From positions 1 through 32,564 of the forward strand of contig JAEOTE010000114.1 in the NCBI GenBank assembly GCA_016839945.1: a stretch of 32,564 nucleotides of DNA, in the 5' to 3' direction. Each line of letters begins with the position of its first letter. Within the stretch, counting starts at the first letter, position 1. The translations under genes were made by a program, and so were the position numbers. Origin of the DNA: Candidatus Heimdallarchaeota archaeon. Its GTDB lineage: Archaea > Asgardarchaeota > Heimdallarchaeia > Heimdallarchaeales > Heimdallarchaeaceae. Positions 8,457 to 17,765 of this stretch are shown here, in pieces. The notes beneath the pieces are model-generated. The model did no database searches. It saw only the letters and a list, made by a program, of their open reading frames with translations, and was not told where the DNA came from.

Positions 8457-9455
8457 CTAAGGTAAATCCTTCACAACATCTTCTGGTAAATGAATTTCAA
8501 AAAGACCGTAAGGATCCCCATTAATAACTGTCTCAACGGTTTTTACTTCTACTGATTGATCCAAAACTATTTCCCAGTAGCTCTTATAGTACCCTCCACT
8601 ACAATTACAGAAAACTGTTGGGATTTCATCAGAAGTTCCATCCTTTATAGCTTCTTTTGCCCAAGGACAGTGACAATAATAATATGCTCTCATTTTTTCA
8701 TCTTTTTCAGTTAAGAATTTGATTGTTTCATGAGGAATTTTTATTGCTCGAATTATATTTCCATCCCTCACTCCTACTTCTATTCTCGGATCGTTTTTTA
8801 CATACTCAACAACTTCATTATTAATTAGTTGAGTAAAATATAATGTTCCTTCATCTCTGTATTTCTCTAAAGCTTTAATTTGTCTTTTTCTTTTCTCTTT
8901 CAAGAATTCATCAATGTTTTTTAATTTCAAGAATAGTTCTCTATCTGGCTTTCTCCATTCATAATAAGAATCTCTCAACCCTTTAGCCAAGAATTTTTCA
9001 GCTTCTTCTTCGCCTAGTTTTTTCACTAATCTAGTAATTAGCTTCTTTGTATAATCAGGTTTAATTTTGGGATCTATACCTAAAGGAGGAACATCAAGAT
9101 CTTGGAAAATATCATCCCTGAATTCTTTACTGAACTCCTCGCTTAGACGTTTGGAGAGATTAGACATTACTTCACTTCCATCAAAGACTTCCCTTCCTAA
9201 CATGACAAGATTTTTGTTATCTGTGAAATGTCCAAAACCGATTATATTTTCATAAGCTAATCTAGTATTTTTTTCTTCTTCGATAAGCTTGCTTGAGAAA
9301 TTGTAAAAAATCTGTGAGTTTACCTCTTTTATGGATATCTTTTTACCTTTTAGGAAATCTTTGAGTTCAGTTAGAGTTGAAATTGCTTCTTCTACTTTAT
9401 CAAGAGAAATACCTTTTTCAATCATACTTTCTTTATAACGTGATATTTCGTCCAT
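8457..9455 (-). CDS. DUF6144-like protein (V4R/ATC-hydrolase-like Cys-containing C-terminal domain)
   Basis: YYYCHCPW, FCNCSGGY and VEVKTVETVINGD..LFEIHLP. Confidence 0.65.
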   Translation of the reverse strand: MDEISRYKESMIEKGISLDKVEEAISTLTELKDFLKGKKISIKEVNSQIFYNFSSKLIEEEKNTRLAYENIIGFGHFTDNKNLVMLGREVFDGSEVMSNLSKRLSEEFSKEFRDDIFQDLDVPPLGIDPKIKPDYTKKLITRLVKKLGEEEAEKFLAKGLRDSYYEWRKPDRELFLKLKNIDEFLKEKRKRQIKALEKYRDEGTLYFTQLINNEVVEYVKNDPRIEVGVRDGNIIRAIKIPHETIKFLTEKDEKMRAYYYCHCPWAKEAIKDGTSDEIPTVFCNCSGGYYKSYWEIVLDQSVEVKTVETVINGDPYGLFEIHLPEDVVKDLP

Positions 9456-9539
9456 TTATCACACCAGTCAGCTATTTGTTAAGACACTTAAAAGATATCC
9501 CTTCAGAAAGATAAGAAGCATTTTGACAGTTATTTTTCA

Positions 9540-9645
9540 TGTAAGGCATAATTAAATTCATCAAGAGATTTTTAAATAAAATTTAAATTTCTTTTCAATT
9601 TTTTTATTGAGAAAAATGAGAAAGTGTAAGGCAGAATTAAATTCA
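9540..9645. repeat. 21-bp direct repeat, two copies 85 bp apart
   Basis: tgtaaggcataattaaattca (9540-9560) and tgtaaggcagaattaaattca (9625-9645), identical at 20 of 21 positions. Confidence 0.85.
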
Positions 9646-9741
9646 ATTAAACTCTTTCAAACTATATTTAAAACTAATCCACTAAAGGTTATAAACGCGT
9701 GTTATGACCGTTTCTCTTAGAATCTTATGAGGTTATAAAAA

Positions 9742-10860
9742 GTGAAAAATGAATATACAATACATAAGAGAAAATTTGAACACTACATCTTAGAAGGATC
9801 CCATTATGAGATAGGAAGAATACAAGGAAAAATCATCAAAAAGAATCAAGAAGCAGTCAGAATGTATACCTCTGGAAAGTTCAAACCTAAAGAATCCAAA
9901 TTTGCTAATTTCGATGAAGTTTATGAATTCTATGATAAGCATTGTCCAGGCTTGAGCGAAGAAGCTCAAGGTTTTGCAGAAGAGTTAAATGTAAAGCTTG
10001 ATCAACTTTTTTTCTATGATTTTCCATTGTCTATCCAGAATAATTGCAGTCAATTTGTTGCCCTTCCATCTATAACTGAAAATAAACATGTTCTTGTTGG
10101 TAGAAGTTATGAATGGACTTTCAACGATGAGGATCTACAGCTACGCATAACTAAAGCAAAAAACAAGTTTAAGCATATTGGATTCTCAGGAATGTGCTAT
10201 GGGAGATATGAAGGATTAAATGATCAAGGTTTATGTGTCACAGTTTCATCTGGAGGAGCATGGGATGCTCCACAAAAGAATAAAAGTTTAAATTGGGCTT
10301 TAGTAGTTCGCGTTTTACTCGATAATTGTAAAGATGTATCTGAAGCTACTAAGACTTTACTAAAACTACCTGTAGAAGGGACAAATAATTTCATATTATC
10401 AGATAAGAATGGGGATGCCATTTATCTAGAATGTTTAGATACTCAATATGATATAAAGCGTTATGACAAATCTTCTGATACTCATTATCTTATTGGTACT
10501 AATCATTATAATTTACCAAATAAAACAAAATACAATAAATATAACAATCCATGGCTATTGCCCAACTCAAAACAAAGATATGAGATAATAGAAACAGCTC
10601 TCAAAGAAAATATCCCTGAAATCAATGAAGAAACTTTATTGAGCATTTTGGCTAAAGAAATGCCTGAAGGAATATGTTGCCATTGGCATACAGATTACTT
10701 TGGTACATTGTGGCAAGTATTTTTTAATGTGAATTTAGGTAAAATAATAATAAGTTTTGGACCTTCAACACATAATAAATGGTATGTATTTACCCTCGAA
10801 GATGAAATCCATACACATGAATATGAAGTAGCATTCCCAGATAAAAGAATTATAATGTGA
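9742..10860 (+). CDS. Peptidase C45 family autoproteolytic acyltransferase/hydrolase (Ntn fold)
   Basis: LEGSHYEIGRIQG, the N|CSQF nucleophile site, VGRSYEW, EGLNDQGL, TNHY and SKQRYE. Confidence 0.9.
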   Translation: MKNEYTIHKRKFEHYILEGSHYEIGRIQGKIIKKNQEAVRMYTSGKFKPKESKFANFDEVYEFYDKHCPGLSEEAQGFAEELNVKLDQLFFYDFPLSIQNNCSQFVALPSITENKHVLVGRSYEWTFNDEDLQLRITKAKNKFKHIGFSGMCYGRYEGLNDQGLCVTVSSGGAWDAPQKNKSLNWALVVRVLLDNCKDVSEATKTLLKLPVEGTNNFILSDKNGDAIYLECLDTQYDIKRYDKSSDTHYLIGTNHYNLPNKTKYNKYNNPWLLPNSKQRYEIIETALKENIPEINEETLLSILAKEMPEGICCHWHTDYFGTLWQVFFNVNLGKIIISFGPSTHNKWYVFTLEDEIHTHEYEVAFPDKRIIM

Positions 10861-10897
10861 AAAATATCAACTATATTATATTAAGGAAATAATGGAT

Positions 10898-11056
10898 TTA
10901 ACTTTCTTCCTCTTCCTTAAATTTTTTGAATTTCATAATGACTATTGTTCCTTGTGGAATATTATCCTCAATTATGAATTCTCCACCTATTCCTTCAACA
11001 GTATTTTTAGCAAGACTTAAACCAACACCTTTTGGTAATCCTTCAGTCTCTTTCAA
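10898..11056 (-). pseudogene. Histidine kinase HATPase_c C-terminal remnant
   Basis: KGVGLSLAKNTVEGIGGEFIIEDNIPQGTIVIMKF matches the G2 box and final strands. There are no N or G1 boxes and no HisKA domain upstream in frame. Confidence 0.65.
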
Positions 11057-11163
11057 AGTTGGGATATAATTTGTAATGACATATTTCTGAAATGAACAAA
11101 ACACAGAGAAGACTAATTTTGTATAATAAACATTTTTATTCTTTGAAAATATTATGTAGGTTA

Positions 11164-12027
11164 ATGAAGCACATATTTCTTTCTCCACATTTAGATGATG
11201 CAGTGGGTAGTTGCGGAGGTTTAATTGCCAAATTAATTTATCAAAGAGAAAAAGTGTTAGTGTTATCGTTATATACAAGAAATATTGATGTTAGTAAATT
11301 ACCTCAGAAATACCATAAATTCGCTAATTATGAAGAGAGAAAGTTGGAAGACAAGAAAGCAATGAATAGATTAAGTGCAGACTACAGATGGTTAGATTTA
11401 CCAGAAAGGGCATATAGAGAGCCCATTCCTAAAAAACCAACAGGTGTTTTCAGAATAAAACTTACATCAGGTTTAGCTCAATTTCCTAATATAGTAAGAA
11501 TTCAGGAAGAAATAAGTAAAGCTATTGATGAATCCCCTAATTCTATTATCTATGCTCCTCTTGGATTAGGTAATCATTTCGATCATGTTGAGGTTTTTAT
11601 TGCTTCTTTAATGTATATGGTTGATTATGCATTATATGACCAATTTCGCTTTTATGTTGATTTTTATGGAATGATTAGCACTAAGATAAGAAAGAAGCAT
11701 TATATTGGAAAGAAACTCATAAGAAAAGGTTTGAAGAAGCCAGAAAAATCTTCATTGAAGTTTTTTTTGATAACATCCGTTATGAATGCAATGATCTCAG
11801 GATCAGCAATTGAAAAAATGCTTGAAACAAAATACAGAAGTCTGAATTGGGAGCTAGAGTCAATATCAATTCATGGTTATGAAAACCTTAAATTTGCTGC
11901 TTTAGAATATTATGAATCTCAGATAAAACTGTTTGGAAAAAAACAAGCAAGGAAAGTAGTTGAGACATATCACAGAAACTGGGATAATTCTGAATTATAT
12001 TTGAAAGCTAAACCAACTCATATCTAA
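11164..12027 (+). CDS. PIG-L/LmbE family deacetylase
   Basis: LSPHLDDAVGSCGG, RKLED..A and PLGLGNHFDH metal-binding motifs. The true start is probably ATG 11164. Confidence 0.9.
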   Translation: MKHIFLSPHLDDAVGSCGGLIAKLIYQREKVLVLSLYTRNIDVSKLPQKYHKFANYEERKLEDKKAMNRLSADYRWLDLPERAYREPIPKKPTGVFRIKLTSGLAQFPNIVRIQEEISKAIDESPNSIIYAPLGLGNHFDHVEVFIASLMYMVDYALYDQFRFYVDFYGMISTKIRKKHYIGKKLIRKGLKKPEKSSLKFFLITSVMNAMISGSAIEKMLETKYRSLNWELESISIHGYENLKFAALEYYESQIKLFGKKQARKVVETYHRNWDNSELYLKAKPTHI

Positions 12028-12048
12028 AGAAGTAATTGGGAGATAGTA

Positions 12049-13830
12049 TTAGATTACAATCTCATAGCGTTTTTTTGTTTCTTTTTGATACAAACTGTAT
12101 AAATCGTCTAAATCAGCTTTCTTCACATGTCCATGAGCAGTCATCATTTCTGTGAATCTTTTTGGAAGTTTTTTGTATGCTTCTTCTAGTTTGAAACCTT
12201 CTTGTTTCTTGAATTCTAACCTTCTCTTTTGAATTTCTTTCCCTAATTGTGTTAGCTCATCAGCTGTTCTTTCTATTTTTAATGACGATAGAGATTTAAC
12301 GGTTGTATCTATATCATAAACTCCTCTTGCGAAAAGACAAATTACAAGTGAGTTTAGTACATTTCGCCATTCTTCTTCAATAATCAACCTATTTATTCCC
12401 TCTTCGTTACTAATAGGTTTGTTGAGTATTTTCTGATCAAGAGAATATCCCGCATTATCAAGATGACTGTGTCTGCCACCAATTAGGAAGCCTGTTATTG
12501 CATATGGACCAGTACTATATCCAGCAGGTTCTACTTTTCCAACCCTAATACCAAAATCATCTCCACCATATCTTTCAACAAGAGCTTCCACTCCTTTTGA
12601 TGCTACACAATATAATTCTTCTTCAGGATTAGCTTTAGAAATTCTTGGGATTAGATTTAGGAAATCTTCTATGACACCAAATCTGATGAGAGCTCCTTTA
12701 GTATCCTTGGGACTAATTATATTCTTCTCATATGCTTCTGCTAACCATCCTAAAACTACACCTGTAGTTATAGCATCCATCCCTTCTCTTTCAACAGCTT
12801 CTATCAGTTTTAATATATCAGCACCATCACCTATTTGAAGATTTGATCCTAAAGCATAAATCAATTCATAATCGTAAGGAACTGAAATGGAATGGATATC
12901 TGCAACAGAGCCTTTCTCCCATCTTTCTCTTAAAATGGCAAGATGAATACAACCAATTGGACATCCTCCACATGCTACTCTTTTTCCTAATAGTTCTTGA
13001 GCAAAGAACTCTCCTGAAATTAGCTCTGCATCATCAAATGTACTTTCTTTGAAATTTCTTGTTGGGAGTGATTTCAAAGCATTTAATGGTAGGATACCTG
13101 CCGCTGTTCCCAAAACGTGATACTTAGCCATTAAATCGGTTTCTGTAACTTTTTTGTATACTTCTCTGAACATTTTTCTATATTCTTTGTATTCTGTATT
13201 CGCATCCAAGGAAATAGGTTTATCTCCTATTATTGCTATTCCTTTGATATTCTTACTCCCTAAAACAGCTCCTAATCCCATTCTACCAAAATGTCTTGTT
13301 CTATCTACTGTAGCACAAGCATAAGGGATTAATCTTTCACCTGCAGGTCCTATAGTTATAACTGAACGATTTCCTGGTCTTCTAATTTTTTCTCTGATTA
13401 TCCTTCCAGCTGTATTAGGATACATGTAGCGTAATGGAAGGGCATTGTAAAACTTCACCTCATTTTCATGTGATACAAGATAGATTGGATTTTCAGCTTT
13501 TCCTTTAAGAATTACAGCTCCTAGATCATTGAATCTCATTGCTGTAGATAATCTCCCACCAGCGTAAGTCTCACCTAGATTTCCTGTTAGAGGACTTTTG
13601 AATACTGCACAAGTTTTTGATGCAACCGGGAAAAAACTGTTCAAAGGACCTAAAGAAAAAATAACAGTGTTATCCGGAGAAAGTGGATCTATTCCTTTTT
13701 TCAAGTGTTTTCTTAGAAGCTCCATTCCAACTCCAATTCCACCTAGATAGTTCTCAAAAACAGTATCATCTTTGTAAATATCAAACGACAAATCATCGAG
13801 GTTAATTTCTAATATATTTGGATGTATCAT
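12049..13830 (-). CDS. aor: Tungstopterin aldehyde:ferredoxin oxidoreductase family, large subunit (GOR/XOR-like clade)
   Basis: YLGGIG, KSPLTG, IGPAGE, GRMGLGAVLGSKNIKG, LPTRNF, CGGCPIGC, DYE and GMDAIT. The start is ATG 13830, after GGTGA. Confidence 0.93.
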   Translation of the reverse strand: MIHPNILEINLDDLSFDIYKDDTVFENYLGGIGVGMELLRKHLKKGIDPLSPDNTVIFSLGPLNSFFPVASKTCAVFKSPLTGNLGETYAGGRLSTAMRFNDLGAVILKGKAENPIYLVSHENEVKFYNALPLRYMYPNTAGRIIREKIRRPGNRSVITIGPAGERLIPYACATVDRTRHFGRMGLGAVLGSKNIKGIAIIGDKPISLDANTEYKEYRKMFREVYKKVTETDLMAKYHVLGTAAGILPLNALKSLPTRNFKESTFDDAELISGEFFAQELLGKRVACGGCPIGCIHLAILRERWEKGSVADIHSISVPYDYELIYALGSNLQIGDGADILKLIEAVEREGMDAITTGVVLGWLAEAYEKNIISPKDTKGALIRFGVIEDFLNLIPRISKANPEEELYCVASKGVEALVERYGGDDFGIRVGKVEPAGYSTGPYAITGFLIGGRHSHLDNAGYSLDQKILNKPISNEEGINRLIIEEEWRNVLNSLVICLFARGVYDIDTTVKSLSSLKIERTADELTQLGKEIQKRRLEFKKQEGFKLEEAYKKLPKRFTEMMTAHGHVKKADLDDLYSLYQKETKKRYEIVI

Positions 13831-13838
13831 TTTTTCAC

Positions 13839-14270
13839 CTACCATTCTCCTGTTGCTTCTTCAATTGCTAAAACCTCTGTAGAACAGAATTGCACACAAC
13901 TGAAACACTGACGACAAACAATTGCTTTTTGTATATCTACATCAATATGAATTGCACCCGGAATTGGGCAAGCATCTACACATTCATGATTACATTGTTT
14001 GGCATTACAAATCTCTCTATCAACAATTACTCCTCCACCTTCTCTAGGTGTAATTGCTCCTTGTATTGGACATACAGGCACACAAGGAGGATTTCGGCAT
14101 CCCCTACAGACTATTACTACATAGTTTCTTTCTATTCCACCACTTGCTTTTACATGAATTGAAGACCTATAATTTGAAAGTAATCTTTCATTTACACGTG
14201 CACAAGTATAAATACACTCTAAACAGCCAATGCATCTGTCTAAGTTCTTGACACGTAACCTTTTAGTCAT
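13839..14270 (-). CDS. Multi-[4Fe-4S] small subunit of the AOR-family enzyme
   Basis: CxxCxxCxxxC, CxxCxxPPCxxxCP, a variant third cluster and CxxCxxCxxxC. It ends 8 bp upstream of the AOR start. Confidence 0.9.
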   Translation of the reverse strand: MTKRLRVKNLDRCIGCLECIYTCARVNERLLSNYRSSIHVKASGGIERNYVVIVCRGCRNPPCVPVCPIQGAITPREGGGVIVDREICNAKQCNHECVDACPIPGAIHIDVDIQKAIVCRQCFSCVQFCSTEVLAIEEATGEW

Positions 14271-14322
14271 AGATGAGAGAATTCATCAACATTCAAAAAA
14301 TTTCCTTTACTGAAGAAAAAAT

Positions 14323-15126
14323 CTATTCCATAAATGAATTTAACATTTGAAAGTACTTGATTTTACTCCAATCTATTTTATTTTCCCCATATTCTTCTAT
14401 AAATATAGAAACCCACTCTTCTCCAAAGTTATATCCTATACTCCAAATTACAGCTGCAATATCGTAATTCCTATCATTAATTCCTCCATAACTCCAATCT
14501 ATAAATCCACTCAATTTCTTTTTATGAACCAAAATATTTGGAAGGCAATAATCACCATGCGTAAAAACAAAATCAAAGCTAGATGGTTTCTTTTCTTCTA
14601 CAAACTTGAATAGCTCTTCTGGAGTTTTATCTTTCCATCTAGGGTCGAAATTATTGGTATCTATTAATCCAAGTTCTAATCTATGTTTAGCAATATTAAG
14701 TAAAAGATCGGGGTTAGTTTCTATTGGACAATTACTTATATCTATTGAATGTATTTTCTTTAATCCATTAGCTAGAATTAAGATGTTGTTTTTTATTTCT
14801 TCATCTAGAACAGCATTATAGGATACTCTACCCTTAATCTCTGAAAGAAGAAGAAATTCTCTACCATTATGTTTGGAATAAAACAACACTTCTGGAACAG
14901 GTAGTCTGTTATAGAGCCATCGTAGTAATTTTTGTTCTCTATTAAAGTCAAATTCAGTTTCTGGAATAGATATTTTAAGATAAAGTGCTTTACCTTCTTT
15001 GTTTTCTAAACGAAAGACATCTGATTTAGAACATCCTATGTTTACTTTCTCCCACTGATGATTTTCCAGCATTCCTTGAAGTTCAGTGGGGATATCGTAA
15101 TCAAAGTCTATTCCATCATTTTTCAT
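14323..15126 (-). CDS. Aminoglycoside 3'-phosphotransferase-like kinase
   Basis: GCS.SDVFRL, LYLK, LRWL..RLPVPEVL, LKKIHSIDISNCP, HGDYCLPNI, GFIDW and DR.YDIA. Confidence 0.88.
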   Translation of the reverse strand: MKNDGIDFDYDIPTELQGMLENHQWEKVNIGCSKSDVFRLENKEGKALYLKISIPETEFDFNREQKLLRWLYNRLPVPEVLFYSKHNGREFLLLSEIKGRVSYNAVLDEEIKNNILILANGLKKIHSIDISNCPIETNPDLLLNIAKHRLELGLIDTNNFDPRWKDKTPEELFKFVEEKKPSSFDFVFTHGDYCLPNILVHKKKLSGFIDWSYGGINDRNYDIAAVIWSIGYNFGEEWVSIFIEEYGENKIDWSKIKYFQMLNSFME

Positions 15127-15246
15127 TATCAAACTATTCTCTTATGATATTTTTATTAGTTTTCAAAGTACTATTTTTTCTATAGACCTAAAATCTTATT
15201 TCATGCACTAATATTCTTTATAAGTATCTATAATTTCATTTAATCA

Positions 15247-15813
15247 ATGAATAGTAAAGAATTAGCTATTGATTTTTTAGAAATTGCTGAAATAAATTTA
15301 CTGATGTCTATAAAAGGGATGAATCCCAACAACTTATTAAATGTACCTCATTCTGAATTGAATCCTATTTCATGGATTTTTGGTCATTGCACATCTCATA
15401 TGGATTTCGTCAACTCTTTGTTTTCAAATGAGAGAAAATTCACGGAGGAACAACGAAAATATTTCTCGTTTGGAGTAGATAAAGAAGAAGTTAAAGCTGG
15501 TTTCTCTTATTCCTTTAAAGAAATTGTTGAAAACTATATGGAGTTATCTAAATCATGTTTCAAAGCTCTTGAAAATTTACCTGAAGAAAAATATAACGAC
15601 ATAATTTCAGAAAAAAGTGAAAATGAAACTTTACTACAGAACATACAACGTATTTCTCTTCATTATATGGGCCATTCTGGACAGATTGTGATGATTCGAA
15701 GGGCATTTGAAGGTAAAAATTGGGCTTTTGTTGGTGGAATATCAAAGAAATTAAGAAAGAAACTTAAAGATTCATGGATGGAATGGTGGGAAGAGAATAA
15801 AGAAGATTTTTAG
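15247..15813 (+). CDS. DinB/YfiT family protein
   Basis: NPISWIFGH and LHYMGHSGQI provide the His triad. TATA tttataag is at 15218-15225. Confidence 0.88.
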   Translation: MNSKELAIDFLEIAEINLLMSIKGMNPNNLLNVPHSELNPISWIFGHCTSHMDFVNSLFSNERKFTEEQRKYFSFGVDKEEVKAGFSYSFKEIVENYMELSKSCFKALENLPEEKYNDIISEKSENETLLQNIQRISLHYMGHSGQIVMIRRAFEGKNWAFVGGISKKLRKKLKDSWMEWWEENKEDF

Positions 15814-15822
15814 AATAAGAAA

Positions 15823-16398
15823 TCAGCTGATTTTTGGTTGAGCAATAGTCACAATATGCCATACTGCTTCTTTCATGGATACTCTGATCTTAGAAGTTAA
15901 TTCTTGATTCATATTTTCTAATTTTACATATTTCTCAACATCAAAGTTTGGCTTATTTGTCTCAATTTTATCATATTCTTCTAATTCCTGATCAGAAACA
16001 ACATGAAACAGTTTCTCTGGTTTGTTGGGATTTAAATCATCTTCAAAATCAATTTTACTTCCTTTTAAAAAAGGTTTGAGCATTAAATACCAAGATTCAG
16101 GTTTTTCTAAAGGTTTAGAGGTATTGTAGATAACATAAACAAGTGGAGTTTTTTTAGGATCTCTACAAGTTAAAGCTTTAGAATAAGCAATAATCCAATC
16201 TTCTTCAAGTAAACTAATTATATTTTCAACTCCTTCTGGAAACCACATTAGTGATTTTTCTTCTTTCTTGATCACCCATTTCTTCCATTTGGATTGAATT
16301 ACAGGCTTTGGAATAGTTATCATATGTTTATGAGAATCTTTTGATCCTGAACTTACAATGTTTGTTTTGAAGGGAGGGTATTTTGGATGTTTAGGCAT
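15823..16398 (-). CDS. Hypothetical protein
   Basis: A 191-aa ORF filling the space between neighbours, with a weak AbrB-like G...ITIPK at the N-terminus. Confidence 0.7.
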   Translation of the reverse strand: MPKHPKYPPFKTNIVSSGSKDSHKHMITIPKPVIQSKWKKWVIKKEEKSLMWFPEGVENIISLLEEDWIIAYSKALTCRDPKKTPLVYVIYNTSKPLEKPESWYLMLKPFLKGSKIDFEDDLNPNKPEKLFHVVSDQELEEYDKIETNKPNFDVEKYVKLENMNQELTSKIRVSMKEAVWHIVTIAQPKIS

Positions 16399-16543
16399 AA
16401 AATCATGTGAGTATTGTCACCAATAAAATATAAGTTTTGGTTAATGGCAAAAAATTGTACATGATTTTTAAGAATGAGAAAAAAATGGTAGAGTATTTTG
16501 AATTGTCAACATTCTTAAATGTTCAAGGTAATTCTTTTTAGAA

Positions 16544-17698
16544 GTGCTAGATTTGAAATCCAGCTCAACAATTATGATTTTCATTTTAATCTTGACACTT
16601 AGCTCAATTTTCCCTTCTAACTTTTATGTTAATTCTTCTCCTGAGAGGGATTATTGGCCAACAGAAGAATGGCAAATATCTACTACTAAAAAGCATAGAA
16701 TGAAAAAAGATGTTCTCGAGCAGATGATTGATTATGTTCAAGCTGAAGGAGTTAATCTTCACTCTGTTGTAGTTGTTCGAAATGGATATATTGTTTTTGA
16801 GGAGTATCTTGCTCCAGGATTCATGGAGCAAGAACATTATCTTTGGTCTGTTACAAAAAGCTTCATGTCTGCACTTTATGGCATAGCTTATGAAGAAGGA
16901 TATATTGACGATTTTGATGCTAAGGTTCTCAGTTTCTTTCCAAACATAACTGTAGATAGATATGATCCAAGAAAAGAAAACATAACAATAGCCAACCTTC
17001 TCACAATGACAACTGGATTATTGTGGTACGATGATGCAAATTGGGTACCAATGGTTGCAGCTCCTAATCAAGTTGAATATATTTTAGGATTATCTCTCAT
17101 AAATGATCCAGGAACAGTATGGAATTATGATACAGGTGGGACTCATCTACTCTCAGCAATCTTGCAGGAAGTTTATGGGAATACAACTTTGGATTTTGCA
17201 GAGAAATATCTTTTTAGTAAAATAGGTATAACAGATTATTCATGGGATCAAGATAAACAAGGAATTCATTATGGGGGACATGGTATGTACATGACTGCTA
17301 GAGATATGGCTAGATTTGGTTATCTTTTTCTTAATAATGGTACTTGGGATGGAGAGCAAGTAATCCCTTCTGAATGGGTAAATGCAACTACAAGTCCTTT
17401 AATACCTTTATGGCCAGGATGGGCTTATGGAGCACTATGGTGGGTTAGAACAGATCTTGGTTTTTATAGTGCACGAGGAAGATATGATCAAATGATCTAT
17501 GTGCTTCCTGAACAAGATATAGTAGTTGCTATGACTTCAAATAATCCACCAGGAAGTTTTGATCCCGATTATTTAATTGAAAATTATGTTATTCCTGCCG
17601 TAAAGGATGATGAAGCATCCTATCCATTTAGCTTTGTTTCTTTAATAGGATTAACATTTATAGCAGTTTTAACTCAAAGAAGAAAGAGGAGGAAATAG
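16544..17698 (+). CDS. Secreted, C-terminally anchored beta-lactamase-fold serine hydrolase (AmpC/NylB-like)
   Basis: Signal peptide, SVTK (SxxK), LLTMTTG, PGTVWNYDT, TARDMARFG and ARG, followed by a C-terminal TM helix and RRKRRK. Confidence 0.9.
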   Translation: MLDLKSSSTIMIFILILTLSSIFPSNFYVNSSPERDYWPTEEWQISTTKKHRMKKDVLEQMIDYVQAEGVNLHSVVVVRNGYIVFEEYLAPGFMEQEHYLWSVTKSFMSALYGIAYEEGYIDDFDAKVLSFFPNITVDRYDPRKENITIANLLTMTTGLLWYDDANWVPMVAAPNQVEYILGLSLINDPGTVWNYDTGGTHLLSAILQEVYGNTTLDFAEKYLFSKIGITDYSWDQDKQGIHYGGHGMYMTARDMARFGYLFLNNGTWDGEQVIPSEWVNATTSPLIPLWPGWAYGALWWVRTDLGFYSARGRYDQMIYVLPEQDIVVAMTSNNPPGSFDPDYLIENYVIPAVKDDEASYPFSFVSLIGLTFIAVLTQRRKRRK

Positions 17699-17765
17699 TA
17701 ACTCAACAAAATCAAAGGATTCTTTCGCCAGAATATTTAACAATTTTAAAACTAACAATTATATT

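Noticed and set aside
6632-9575. Identical 15-mer tcaagagatttttaa at 6632-6646 and 9561-9575
   Set aside because: A 15-nt AT-rich match is plausible by chance in a 32-kb AT-rich window.
9540-9645. Mini CRISPR array
   Set aside because: There are only two 21-bp units with a 64-nt spacer, and no cas genes.
11057-11278. N-terminal part of the 126-aa minus-strand ORF, and the 11092 start for PIG-L
   Set aside because: The two extensions overlap each other head-to-head and lack protein-like motifs. PIG-L homology begins at ATG 11164.
11164-12027. PIG-L as part of a GPI pathway with the CWH43-like gene
   Set aside because: The motifs are of the widespread LmbE type, the gene is about 9 kb away on the other strand, and no glycosyltransferase is adjacent.
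11164-15813. PIG-L + DinB as a bacillithiol/mycothiol-type system
   Set aside because: The genes are not adjacent, and no BshA/MshA or cysteine ligase is in the window.
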